Part shown: positions 38,145 through 49,473 of the stretch, piece after piece
Numbering within the stretch: position 1 is the first letter of the stretch
Layout of the letters: each line of letters begins with the position of its first letter
Assembly: GCF_000143415.4 (NCBI RefSeq)
Contig: NW_003314301.1
Location: 1,418,981 to 1,482,980, forward strand
Direction of reading: 5' to 3'
DNA: 64,000 bases
Source: Selaginella moellendorffii
Taxonomy: Eukaryota; Plantae; Lycopodiophyta
Program-made: the position numbers and the translations under genes
Notes under the pieces: generated by a model
Database searches by the model: none
What the model was told of the DNA's origin: nothing
What the model saw: the letters and a program-made list of their open reading frames with translations, nothing else

Positions 38145-41100
38145 ATGCCGCCAAGAGTAAGTTTTTTCTCCTCCTCCACTCCCTCTCCTCCCCGCCCAGC
38201 GCCCCCGCGCCCACGCCATGCCCAGTGCCGCCACGCTGCGCACACCACGCCATGCTCAGCACCGCCACTGCCCAGGGCTGCCGAGCGCTGCCCACTGCCA
38301 TGCCACGCCCAGCGCAGCGCTGCCTGCCCAGCACCGCCACTGCCATGCCGCCGCTGCCGTGCTGCCGCTGCCCAGCACCGCCACTGCCATGCCGCCACTG
38401 CCATGCCGCTGCTGCCGTGCCGCCGCTGCCCAGCATCACCCACGCCACGCCACGCCACGCCAGCGCTGTGCTGCCTAGGGCCACTGCTGCCCAGCACCGC
38501 CGCTGCCAAGTGCCCAGGCCGGGCATTTGGCTGGGCACTCCGCCTGGGCCGGCCAAGTCCACGCAGGCCGGCCAAGGCGCTTGGCTGGCAAAGGCGCCAA
38601 GTCCTTGTGCCAAATGCCCACGCTGGGCATTTGGCACAAGCCAGCTAAGTCCAAGCGCCAAGGCCAGCTCGCGGGCGGTTGGCCTTGGCACTTGGAGGAG
38701 GGCCGGTTCGCCAGCGAACCGGCCTGCCTCCAAGCGCCAAGGCAAGGTTCTCGGGCGGTTGGCCTTGGCGCGGGCCGGCCAAGGTGCTTGGGGGAGGCCT
38801 GCACCGAGCCCACACCCTGTTCCCCTCTTCTTATGCATTTATAATTTATAATGAGTTTTTTTTATTTTCAGAAATGGAAGCAACTACAAAAGGAGAGGGA
38901 TGTTGGATCAAAGAGAAGACATGAGGAAGATGAGATCCAGGATGACAATCAAGTTGACCTTCAGATAGAGATTTCCACAGCAACAACTCTATCGTCTTCC
39001 CAACCACATAGCTCCAGTCCACATGCACCCCCACCACTGCCATCGATGCCACCACCACCATTACCACCACCACCACCGCCACCACCATTACCACCACTGC
39101 CACCTTTACCTTCATCACCACCATTACCACCACCGCCACCTTTACCTTTATCACCACCATTACCACCACCGTCATCACCACTATTACCACCACCACCGTC
39201 ATCACCACCATTACCACCACCACTGCCACCATCATCACCACCACCAGCACAACCATTGTCATCACTACCATTGCTGCCACAACCACAAATGCCACTACTC
39301 TTAACATATTCACAAAATATGGCAGAAATGGAGCAGTGCCCAAGTGCGCCTGATGGCGGTGTTGGGCCCGAGTCGGGGGCTAGATCTGATAATGGTGCTA
39401 CTGGAGGTGTAGCTGAAGCTGAAAGAGAAGTGGAGCTACCTGAACACATTGTCGACAAGCGCTTCCAAGAGACAGTTTTGAGAACTAAAGAGAAGGCCAT
39501 TCACACGACTCTGGAGTCTCTCAAGTGGGAAGGCCCAGGGCACATGATCCGAGAAATCCCACTATGTCGATTCACTCAGACAAGCATCGTTTGGTCTGCT
39601 TCACCGCACTTCGTCAACATGGACATCTATAGTCTGTACAAACAGAATGGCCTTGGGACAAACATAGGTATGTTCCTTGTTTCGGTTTTCAAGCCAGGAA
39701 CGACAAATACCCTCTCGGTGTCACCGGAAATCGAGAGGGATTGGGATGACATTTGGAAAATGAAGTCCCGTGAATTTGACAACAAGCTTATGAGCCATCC
39801 TGAGACTCAACAATTTGTGGGGAAAATGTTCTACATTATCGACAGAAATCATTGCTGGTGCGCGTGGATGAAGTGCATCCGAGAATGCTTCCGAGACGAT
39901 CCTGTCTATCACATCAATGTTCCGGTTGGACATGTACACGCGAGAGGATCTCTAGATGTGGCAAGGCTTGTGATAGCTTGCCACAAAATTAATGCGTAAG
40001 TACCTCTCCTTCTTCAATCACTTTTAACAATTTGTGTTTTGCAGACTGGGACAGTTTGCAGTGCAGAAACAAAGCCTAGTACATGATATCGAGCAGATCC
40101 GGTTTCTTGCCAATCTCGACGAGGATGCAGTCCGTAGCCACTATGGTGATGATTTAGCATCACTTATTTGACATCAACGAGGTCGTCAGGATGCCAATAG
40201 ATGGTACAAGAATCCAGTGGCTTTTATGACAGCTGTGTGGAGTAAGGTATGTTCTTTTAAGTATACTTCTTATCATAGAATGTTTGTGTTGTCTTCAGCC
40301 ATTGGTGAAGGTTAAGCAAGATGCATATGCACAGTCGCATCGAGCTGAAAATGATCAAGAACTCTCAGAGCATTTAGCTGCAATTGACAAGAAAATCAAC
40401 AGCACAAAGAAGACAAAGGTAAAGAAATTACTTAGTATGGCTGACCCTTGATACCCAAAAGAGTGGTTCGATATTATAATAGAGATTGCTTGTCATGAAA
40501 GTAAGTATTGTTTGTATTTACATGAAGGTTCTCACAAAAGTTATTTTTTAGTGGGCAAGACTCCAGATGAGATTATTTACAACATCTCAAAGTCAAAGCT
40601 TACATATGAGGAACAGATACACATTCTGAACGACCTCAATAGCAGACTCAGGGAAGGAGAAAAAGGTTTGGACAGTATGATGGAGACTGTGATGAGGAGG
40701 ACCGTTTACATTTCACAAACTGTATATGAAGGGGAGATGTTTCTAGCGCCTTTCATAGGGGATGATTCTGAGCAACTTCCATTTAAGGACTTCGTCACCA
40801 TTGAGCTTACAAAACTTGGAGAGGACTGGCTGCCAAAGAAGGCTACAAGCACGACTCCATTTGATAAACAACTTGGCGAACCTTACTTCATGTGTCGAGC
40901 GGCTTTCAGGTAACATACAATTTCTCAACTATACTCAATTGTTTATATTCTATTATAGGTATCTCCAATATAGAGGCGTTCCTCTCGAAACACCGGTATG
41001 CACACGCCTCCTGAGGCATGGTGTGAGAGATGGAGGCATGTACCTGACAACAATGAAGTTTCCAGCAGCAATAAAGCGCGCTTATCCTTGGGAATTGGAG

Positions 41101-42430
41101 ATGCCAGATTATGAACCAACCCACCATGAGGCTGCAAGAGGCAACAATGATGACGAAGATGATGGCCATGAGAATGTCGACCCTGTTGGTGCCAATGGCA
41201 AACAGAGTGAAGATGGCGGTGAGAATGAGATTCTTCGAGACGAAGTCGAGCAAGAGAACCAGAACATCCAAGAAGTTCTACTTCGACGAAAGCGAGCAAA
41301 TCCACATCTGGAGGAATTAGTCAACAGTGATAATGATCGTCCAAGACGTCCCCGTAACCGAGGAACTTCTCGAGGTATATTTCTTTTTATTCTCTCCTTT
41401 TCTTAGTTCCTCAAAATGGTTGCAGCAAAAACTGTCGGGAGTAACTTCATTCCAGCTCGTCTTGATGCTCGAGAAGAGGACTTGGAGGAACTTACATCTA
41501 CCACACGCCACATGACGGTATGTAAATTTTTCTTAAGTTCACATCTTATCTTTGTCTTCTCTCCCTAGATTCGCCCTGTATCTCTAGTGGCATTCCGTGG
41601 TGAAGTTGGGATCTTTATTGGCTCCTATAGTTCATTGATGGCATCTTTTGAGGAGGATGCTGAGAATATGGCTATCTGGCAAAAGTGGGAGCGCTTTTGT
41701 CAGAAGATCCATAGGCGACTGCTCAAGAGCACAAACTTCATGCTCTTTGACATGCTAGATGGTCTTCCAGACGCTAATGGTGATGTCCCAAGCTAGAACA
41801 ACCTGACTAAAGACCACTTGAAGGATGCATTCCTTTTGGCAGCAATTCTCTTTCACACAACCGGTCAAGTTGCCTTCATTCTCCCGAATGACCCCCATTG
41901 GATGTCCTGCCTTATGAGGTATGCAAGTCGAGTCAACTTCAAGAGGTTCTCTTCCGGATGCATCATGGATAGTGTTAGGGTCGACACCAAAGGTGTCCTA
42001 GGCATGCCAGAGAAGGTAAGAAATCATTTTCTGTTTTGGTTGTCTCTAAAGTTTTATTATTCAGGTTATGATGTGGACCTACCATGTGTTTTGCAGAAAA
42101 GAAAATGACAGTTTTCGTGATAGCGAGCGTGCTGCAAGGGTTTTGCCAGGGTATGATAGCTTTACTGACATCATACCAAATCTCATAGATGACGACATCC
42201 GCAACACATTGTCTGGGTATCAGTTCCGATCTCCATCGGCGATGCATGTCCTACTTGAGCTTTATTGCCCAACTAGAGGTGTTGTCATCGATTGCATAGC
42301 AGGTAGTGGTTCGATGGTCGAAGCAGCACGTGACTCTGGTAGATCAGTGTTTGCAATTGAAGAATATGAGTTCTTCAAACGCCGTCTTCGAGGTTTTCGT
42401 CCTTCTCTATCAGTTGCTTCTAGGAGGTAA
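38145..42430 (+). pseudogene. MULE cargo gene: poly-Pro N-terminus, ParB/Srx-like domain, C-terminal beta-class amino-methyltransferase-like domain; multi-exon with nonsense codons
   Basis: Exon 1 ATGCCGCCAAGA|gtaag (38145-38156) splices in frame to 38872. MFYIID(R)NH(C)W is two CpG transitions away from DGNHR. C-terminus LLELYCPTRGVVIDCIAGSGSMVEAARDSGRSVFAIE resembles the SAM-binding motif I context; upstream FMLFDMLDG sits at the motif IV position. Confidence 0.7.
38157..38830. repeat. GC/CpG-rich low-complexity island (GCCCAGCACCGCCACTGCCATGCC units, CAYGCC runs, hairpins) in the predicted first intron of the cargo gene
   Basis: Directly visible tandem units and inverted repeats, e.g. tgccaaatgccca-cgc-tgggcatttggca. 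Confidence 0.85.
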
Positions 42431-42842
42431 TTTATGATGTTTTAAAAGCTTATAAATAATATATATTTAGTTTTCTAGAAGTCTTCCTAGGTATGCAATG
42501 TGTAAATTGAGGAGTGGTATGAAAAATCTATTTATTAATGATACATTAAAAGACAATTGAATGCAATGAGAAAGATGTGTCACATGTCAATGTGATAATG
42601 ATTGTGACACTGACAGTGTCAGTGTAGCAGATAGCGACAGTGATAGTATCAGTGACAAAGACAGTGTCAGTGTCAGAGATGACAAAGTTACAGTGTCAGT
42701 TTGTCAAATTTCATAATTACTAGTATTATCAGTTTATTATCTATAGGTAATACAATTTTGTTAATAAAAAAAAGGCGAGAGGGGGGGGGGGGGGGGGGGA
42801 TGAATAATATCATAGTGTAAGAATTATTAGTGGCTGGAATTT

Positions 42843-43391
42843 TTAGTAGAATAGCCTAAAAATACCATATTCAGCACTTATGGATATAGGATTTACTAAC
42901 GGAATATTGTTCCTCACCATGAAATGATAATGATTGTGTGTTCTTAACTCTTTCTTGATTTTCTTATACATCCATTTATGCACACCTTCCACACCAATTC
43001 TTGGGCAGTTGTGACAATGTTCTAGAAAAGTTTCTAGACCCATACAGCCTTCTGTTTTATCTAAATAAAAGTAACAGATGGGACACTGGAGATAATATGT
43101 GTTCATTCTTTCAAAAGTTTCAACCATATCGGGAGCAAGATCTTGAAGAAACATCTGGCATTGCTCTTGAAGCACATGAGGCAATCCATCTTTAGTAGCA
43201 ACATCTAGAACATTATCTGGAAGAGGGATCTCTTGTTCAGTCACACTTGGGGCTACAAAAGAAAAAGCTTCACAACGATTGATGTATGGAGGGAAAGGTG
43301 GAATGTTGGTAGAAGTTGGAGACAGAGGTGGAGACTTATATGAAATGCATGGGGGCCAAGTGCGAGTAGCAATAACATTTTCCCTAGCCAT
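42843..43391 (-). CDS. Uncharacterised 182-aa MULE cargo protein with a CxxC...HCxxC putative zinc-binding motif (paralog 1)
   Basis: Open ORF; YYLQCPICYFYLDKTEGCMGL...EHCHNCP is conserved in the adjacent paralog. Confidence 0.65.
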   Translation of the reverse strand: MARENVIATRTWPPCISYKSPPLSPTSTNIPPFPPYINRCEAFSFVAPSVTEQEIPLPDNVLDVATKDGLPHVLQEQCQMFLQDLAPDMVETFERMNTYYLQCPICYFYLDKTEGCMGLETFLEHCHNCPRIGVEGVHKWMYKKIKKELRTHNHYHFMVRNNIPLVNPISISAEYGIFRLFY

Positions 43392-43649
43392 TCCTACACT
43401 CTAAACAAACTAAAATTTCAATGTTGAAAGCATCCTTTATTAGTATTTATACTAAGAAAAGATCTAGGGGTTCTTGAAAGTTTAAATTGTCAGTCTCAAA
43501 AAAGGGACTTCAGAATTATAACAATGTCAGAACCACTTGTATATATAATAATATCTTTATACATGCTAGAATAATATCATTCTTGAAAATATAAGATTTT
43601 CCACTTTACTCATAAAGAATTAACCTTTTGAAAAAACTATGCATGACTT

Positions 43650-44216
43650 TCATATTACATTAAAGGGTGGCCTAAATATCCCATATTCAGCACTTACTGA
43701 TGCAGTGTTCACCAATGGAATATTGTTCTCCACCATGAAATCATAATAGCTGTGTGTTTTTAATTCTTTCTTGATTTTCTTATACATCCACGCGTGCACA
43801 CCTTCCAAACCCGCTCTTGGGCATTTGTGACAATGCTCAATAAAATTTACCAAACCCATGCAACCATCTGTCTTGTTTAAATAAAAGTTGCATATAGGAC
43901 ACTGGAGATAATATGTATCTACATTAAGCTCCCCTGCCATATCTGGAGCAAGATCTTGAAGAAAATATTGACATTGCTCTTGAAGCATTGGAGGCAATCA
44001 GACTTTTTTAACAACATCATAAGGAAGGAGTTTTTGTTTAGTTGCACTCGAGGTCGCAACTGAAAGAGCCTCACAACAGCCCTCAAAATGAAAAGGAGGA
44101 TTGTTGCGTAGAGGTGAAGGTGGATTATTGGTTGAGATTAGAGATGGAGGTGAAGACTTATATGAAAGGCCTTCGGGACCAAAAGTAAACTTCTTTCTAA
44201 CCATTGCAACACACAA
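43650..44216 (-). pseudogene. Paralog 2 of the zinc-motif cargo protein, with one in-frame stop at 43998-44000
   Basis: Two in-frame ORF pieces; LQEQCQ.FLQDLAPDM through SAEYGIFR closely match paralog 1. Confidence 0.7.
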
Positions 44217-44629
44217 GAAGAATTAAACTTCCTAGCAATAAGAATTCTCTCATTAATATACTATATCTCAATCTTGGGAATGATGTTTTATTATGACATG
44301 ACACTATAGTGAATGATAATTGTCAGTCTTAGTAATTACAACCTACTATGAGAAACAAGTGGCTATAGGGTTTCAGAAGCTAAAAACTAGCATATAAATT
44401 AATATGTAGCCTTATTTTATATAGTTGGCCTACCATATATAATAATAGCGAATATACACAAGCACGCGAGTATGCCTTTTTGCAAGATTACCTTTCAATC
44501 CCAAAATCATATATAGATTTAATTCTTTGATTTGTCTACATCATATATCTTTGCAAAGACAAAACATATCAAAAGAAATAAGACATATATAAAAACTTAC
44601 ATTTTTTTATAATATTTTAGTGGATTACA

Positions 44630-44890
44630 AAAGCCATTGAAAAGTTTATAGAGTGGATTTATTAGTGCTTTCCGCTGTGCTGTCCATTTCTTCTTTCTCT
44701 TGCTCTGGATTGTTGTTTCGGAAGTAACAGAAGCATTTTTATCAATAGTGACAGTGGTCTCCACATTCCCGGATGGGTAATAAGGACCAGGCGTGTAATA
44801 TGGAGATTATGGTAGTGAAACAAAATTCACATTCTCACATTTCTGTATGCTAAAACTACTTACAGATTTTTTGTCTTTCTTGCTTCCCAT
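44630..44890 (-). pseudogene. Small 'SPYYTPG' cargo protein, decayed homolog of 60607-60864
   Basis: Manual translation from ATG 44890: MGSKKDKKSVSSFSIQKCENVNFVSLP*SPYYTPG...NASVTSETTIQSK, then EEMDSTAESTNK after a frameshift. Confidence 0.75.
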
Positions 44891-45299
44891 CTCTGTAAAC
44901 CCTAAAGAATGAACGAGTGAATCAGTGTTTCAAATTATTTATATATTTCTGGTCAATTGTTGAAATGTTAAAATGTTGAAATGTACAATAGAAATTTTCC
45001 GGTTCATTTGAACTTCAATATTCCCATTTTATTTGGGACCAATAAAGCCCAAAAATTTCTATGGGTTCAGATGAACTTCTAATTCTAGAAATTGTATAAA
45101 CTGCATTAGAAAGATTCAAAAAATAAAAATCTCTCTGAACCATTGATACTTAAACTCATAAATTTCAAGTTCACCAAAGAATAACATTTTTCTGACTTAA
45201 TATTTCCTTATAAAACTTATGGTTGACTATGTTGACTAGCATTAAAATGAGCTGAATTGAGCTCAACTCGTGAGCTCAACTCAACTTTGGACCATCCCC

Positions 45300-45759
45300 T
45301 CCCTCTATATTTGAACCCCATGGATCGTATTTCGAGTCGTTCCCTTTGGTTGCTTACAATCCACCACGCTTCCTTGCAAGTTCACGCCCTCGTGAACGGA
45401 AGTTGAGAGCCACAACTCTCCCGAGAGCCTCGCTCTCTTGACCCCCTACCCCTCGGGTCGAGCCCAGCGGGAGCAAATTGGACCAACAAGATGTCAATCA
45501 ACATGTGGTATGATTCCCTTAACCAACCAACAGAGTCAGACCTGAGACCCCTCTCTAATACCAAATGTAAGCTCCTGAGTTTGGACTTCCCGAGAGGTCA
45601 CCCAACCCAGTACTATTCAAACCCAAGGACATTTAACCCCAACTATCCCAAGACCCTTAACCGATTGGAAAAGGGGGTGCACCCTTGTTCATGGGCCCTT
45701 TCCCTCTATATTTGAACCCCATGGATCATCTTTCGAGTCATTCCCTTTGGTTGCTTACA
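45300..45759 (-). mobile_element. Cassandra copy 3, remainder (half LTR 45300-45358, interior, full LTR 45566-45759)
   Basis: Colinear with 16220-16678. Confidence 0.92.
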
Positions 45760-45989
45760 CTAATGTGGTGGATCGTGTTGAAAATGAAGGAATGAAATTC
45801 TTAAAGATTGATTTCGACACAATTGCAATCAAACTACAATGGATGAGGATTGTAGAGATATATGCTAGGCTTGAATCTCTTAATATAGAAGATTTAGCCG
45901 AAAAAAATCTTCCAAATGAGGATGTGATTATTAAAGAAGATGCTGGAGATGTCAAGGAACTTGCCGAAGATGTTGAAGAAGATGAGTAG
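45760..45989 (+). pseudogene. hAT transposase acidic C-terminal tail
   Basis: TNVVDRVENEG...EDVEEDE* continues YVHSN(T) from the inverted part. Confidence 0.7.
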
Positions 45990-48610
45990 TAGTTGGTTTG
46001 GTTTGGTTTGGTTTGGTTTAATGCTTTAATTTTCCTACTATTATTAGTGTGGTTTTACTAAAAACAATTTTTTTTTATCAAAAAAAAATTATGAACCATT
46101 TGGTTGTTCGGCATTTTCATGGCCGGTCGATAACCATGGTCAGCTGGTCAGCTGGTTAGCATTCAGAATGGTCAGGACCAACCTTGGTTGCAACACTTGC
46201 AAACTAGGAAAAACAAAGTTAAGAATCAAGGATGAAAAAACAGTTGCAATAGAAGTTAGAAAATACCAAGAAAACGAGGTGAAAGAAATTATCCAAGAAT
46301 ACAAACCTAAAAAGATTAACGATAGCTTAGAACAAGAAGAGAAACAAAGCTTTAGTTGCTTTCTAAAACTCCAAGAAACAATTTTGCAACTCTTTTACAA
46401 ATTGTCTAGCAAATAGAAAGAATGCAAAAATGAGGAAATGTTGAAAGAATTAACATTTGTTTTCAACACTGATTTGATGAGAGTCATAGCAGCAACAAAG
46501 TATAGAACCTTTGAACCACAAGTTCATTGGTTTGTTGACACTCTTAGATTTAGAGATTTTGAAGAGAATGCAAAATTACTTTACCGACTTCTTCAAAATC
46601 CTCTTGGTGTAATGCTATCAACAAGCACTCTTATTGAACTATATATTATAGCGTATTGGCATCATTTAGGATGGACGAGAATAGTTGGAGAATTAAGAAA
46701 TCGAGGACAAGGCAATCAACAAATTCGAATTATGAATTCGAGTTCAAGAAACCGACGGGAATCTGAATTTGAGTCAAGTTCAAGGGAACGACTTAAAAGC
46801 TCAAGGATTATAAATTGAAAGATGAGAAATTTAAGACGGAATCACAATGGGCCAAGATTAAATACAATAACAAACTTCAACTTTGACATTGAGGTCTAAT
46901 GTCGAAACCCCAGCTTAGAGATAAATATCACTCACAACTAACAAGGAAGAGTGTATCCAAGAAATCTCAACATTTTAAGGAGTATTTTAGGAGATCCTGT
47001 GTCAAGATTTCAAACTTATAATGTAAGAATATTAATTAAGATTATACCTTGGGAAGCTCGTGAAGTGATCAACTCTGATCGTGAAAGAGAACGTATTATA
47101 CAACAAAAGGAAGCTGAACAACACTGGTAAGTATAGAATCAGGGAAATGAACCATCATGAAATCAAAGGCGACATGTAAGGTAGAACCAATGAGTTAACA
47201 CAAGAAGCTAACAAAATCAAGAATTCATTTGATAGACACAAGGCATTACAGAGTTGCAGGAAGCAAATAAGTGATTACTGATTGAATACAAAAATGTTAT
47301 TTTAGTTTAGTTTAGAACACATTAGATCAAGGAGATTTTACACTCGACAAAAGTCCTATACATGAATATACCTATCTCAAGATAAAGAAAGGACCTTAGA
47401 GAAAAGAGTGTTGCATAGGTCCATGCACACACAAGATCAAAGCTAAAGAAAGGAATCTTTACCTTGACACTAGACTCAACTCAAGGATAAAGAGGTCCAC
47501 AAAACAGGAATTTTGAAGACCTATACTCAATGAAGAAACTGAAGATTGAAGGGTTCGAATATATTGAGCCATAACCACAATCTTCCAATCTCATGACTGA
47601 TTAGAAAACATAGTCTTTGGTTATAAGAGCCCATATCTTGGGAAAAGAAGCCCAAAACCACTATATGAATACTTGCTAAGAATTGGACTCTTACAGTGAG
47701 TCTTGATGATATATATTTTTGTTTGATCCAATCTTGGAGAATAATACCACACCTGACATCTTATCAACTACCTTAACCATATAAAAATACCTTTCTTGAG
47801 TCCGAGTAGGAAAGTGACCTTGAGTAGAGACTCAGGAAGAATCAAAAAGAAATACTTAATTGAAGATTCAAGCCAGGAGCTTGACTTCTGATTATGATTG
47901 AAGATTCAAGACAATATAGATTGACTTCATTACTTACAAACAAACAAGTTTTAGGATATTAATACATACACCTTCAAACAAATATTATTACAAGGATACT
48001 CAAGACATAGAGCTTGAATCCAATTATACCTTGAAGATTTAAGGCAATTTCAAGAAACTAACTCGAAGACTCAAGACATATAGCTTGACTTCAACTTTAC
48101 ACAAATATACCACCAAAGTGAAGGTTTCTAAAACAAGAATATCTCAATATATTTAAACGACTGAATAGAAGCTCTATTTCGTTAAAGTGGGAATTGTCAT
48201 TATCCCACTTGTAAAATAAGGTTTCCAAACCTTTATATAGTATATAAATATAACAAAATTCAACTGCATTGAGGCACATGCCATTTTATTTTAAACAAGG
48301 AAATGTCTACTCAATCACTTCTCCTCCCCCTGCCACTGCTTCACCTCTCTCTTCTCCTTGTCATCGTCGTCCAATTTCTTTCCATCCTTTTAATATTGGC
48401 TCAGTTGCTCCGAGTCTAGGTGGAGCCCAAGTCCCCATTCAATCTTTACTTTCCCCTTATTAATAAAACAACTTCGTAGACTTCCAATAACATGCTGTAA
48501 CACTTCTAGTATAATGCAAATCCTCTCAAAGAATTGTCTTTTAATATTAATACAATGGCATGGAACCCCATGCCATAATAAGTTACATTTTTAAATAAAT
48601 ACATGCCATC

Positions 48611-49473
48611 TCAGACTGTTATTTTTTGCCTCCAACACCTATACAATAATCTTGGAATTTCATCACTCTCCACACTATCAGGATTTAAACCCAATAGTAA
48701 TGCCATCTCTTCTCTAATACGTCCACACTCATGTTCAGTGGTCGAAGAACCCATCCGGTTGAGCAGATTATGGAGATGCGGATAGTGCTTGGCTAGACAA
48801 TATACATGCCATAAATGATGACTGGTGTCTGTCAGATCAAATGGCTTCTGATATACCGTTCCATCTGCCATTTGGTTGATTTCTGCAGCCACCTTCTGGA
48901 CTGGCCGGTTCTCTATTACCATCGCTCTAAGCCGTTTTGCAAGGTCCCCCAGAACATATGGTTTCTTCTCCCTAGTTTCCATACTGCAAAAGATGGGGTG
49001 CACTGCATATGTGTGCGTGTTCGCTGCAGTTTTAATCGGCGAGTCATCGATGATGAGGATTTCACTTGACCTAGCAGTCCGGTTCATCACTACAGCCTCT
49101 AGCTTGACGAAGATGGGCTTGCTACCCCTCATATGGACCATAGTCAAGCAATCCTCCTGCGTTAGGAGAAAGTCAAATGGTAATATTACTCGCGTCTGAT
49201 CGTGCATCATCTATAGCAACGTTAATGCATTGTGGCGCATCATGGATGTCCAAACTCCCAATTGCAAATTGAACCCAGCCCTCTGTTTTAAGTGTCGCAT
49301 GGTCATTATTAGATCTCGTAGTTTCTCTCGTGTGATTAATGTGAATCTGTCTCTTTTGACCAACTTGTGACCACAGGCTTTGGAGGGTGCAGTGACATTC
49401 GAGGACGAGCCACACTCATGGGAGAAAAGGACACCGTTCAGATCAAAAACGATACAGTACCTTTGCCGTGACT
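48611..49473 (-). pseudogene. FCP1/NIF-type HAD phosphatase-like domain, probably the last exon of the large cargo gene; in-frame TAG at 49211-49213
   Basis: CIVFDLNGVL (motif I variant), GVWTSM (motif II), FVKLEAV (motif III), ILIIDDSPIK (motif IV). Confidence 0.75.

Larger units (their letters stand above)
31193..45299. mobile_element. Large (~12 kb) Mutator-like DNA transposon, now in two parts (31193-35427 inverted; 37601-45299)
   Basis: Ends gagcgtggaccatacttgag and ggggatggtccaaagttgag (14 of 20 match) with shared subterminal GAGCTCAACTCGTGAGCTCAA repeats. Perfect 8-bp TSD TCCCTCTA (35428-35435 as reverse complement; 45300-45307). Confidence 0.8.
29780..46186 (+). mobile_element. hAT DNA transposon, expanded by nested insertions and partly inverted
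   Basis: Imperfect TIRs (cattgttggtcccaacc / ggtcaggaccaaccttg, 13 of 17 match). Degenerate 8-bp TSD attgtgac / gttgcaac, differing only by transitions. Transposase pieces lie between. Confidence 0.7.

Noticed and set aside
38063-38924. Many overlapping Ala/Arg/Pro/Gly-rich ORFs
   Set aside because: Stop-poor GC-rich repeat, open in all six frames; better explained as intron 1 of the cargo gene.
38846-39500. Gly-rich, Val-rich and His-rich ORFs
   Set aside because: Alternative frames of the CCA poly-proline tract.
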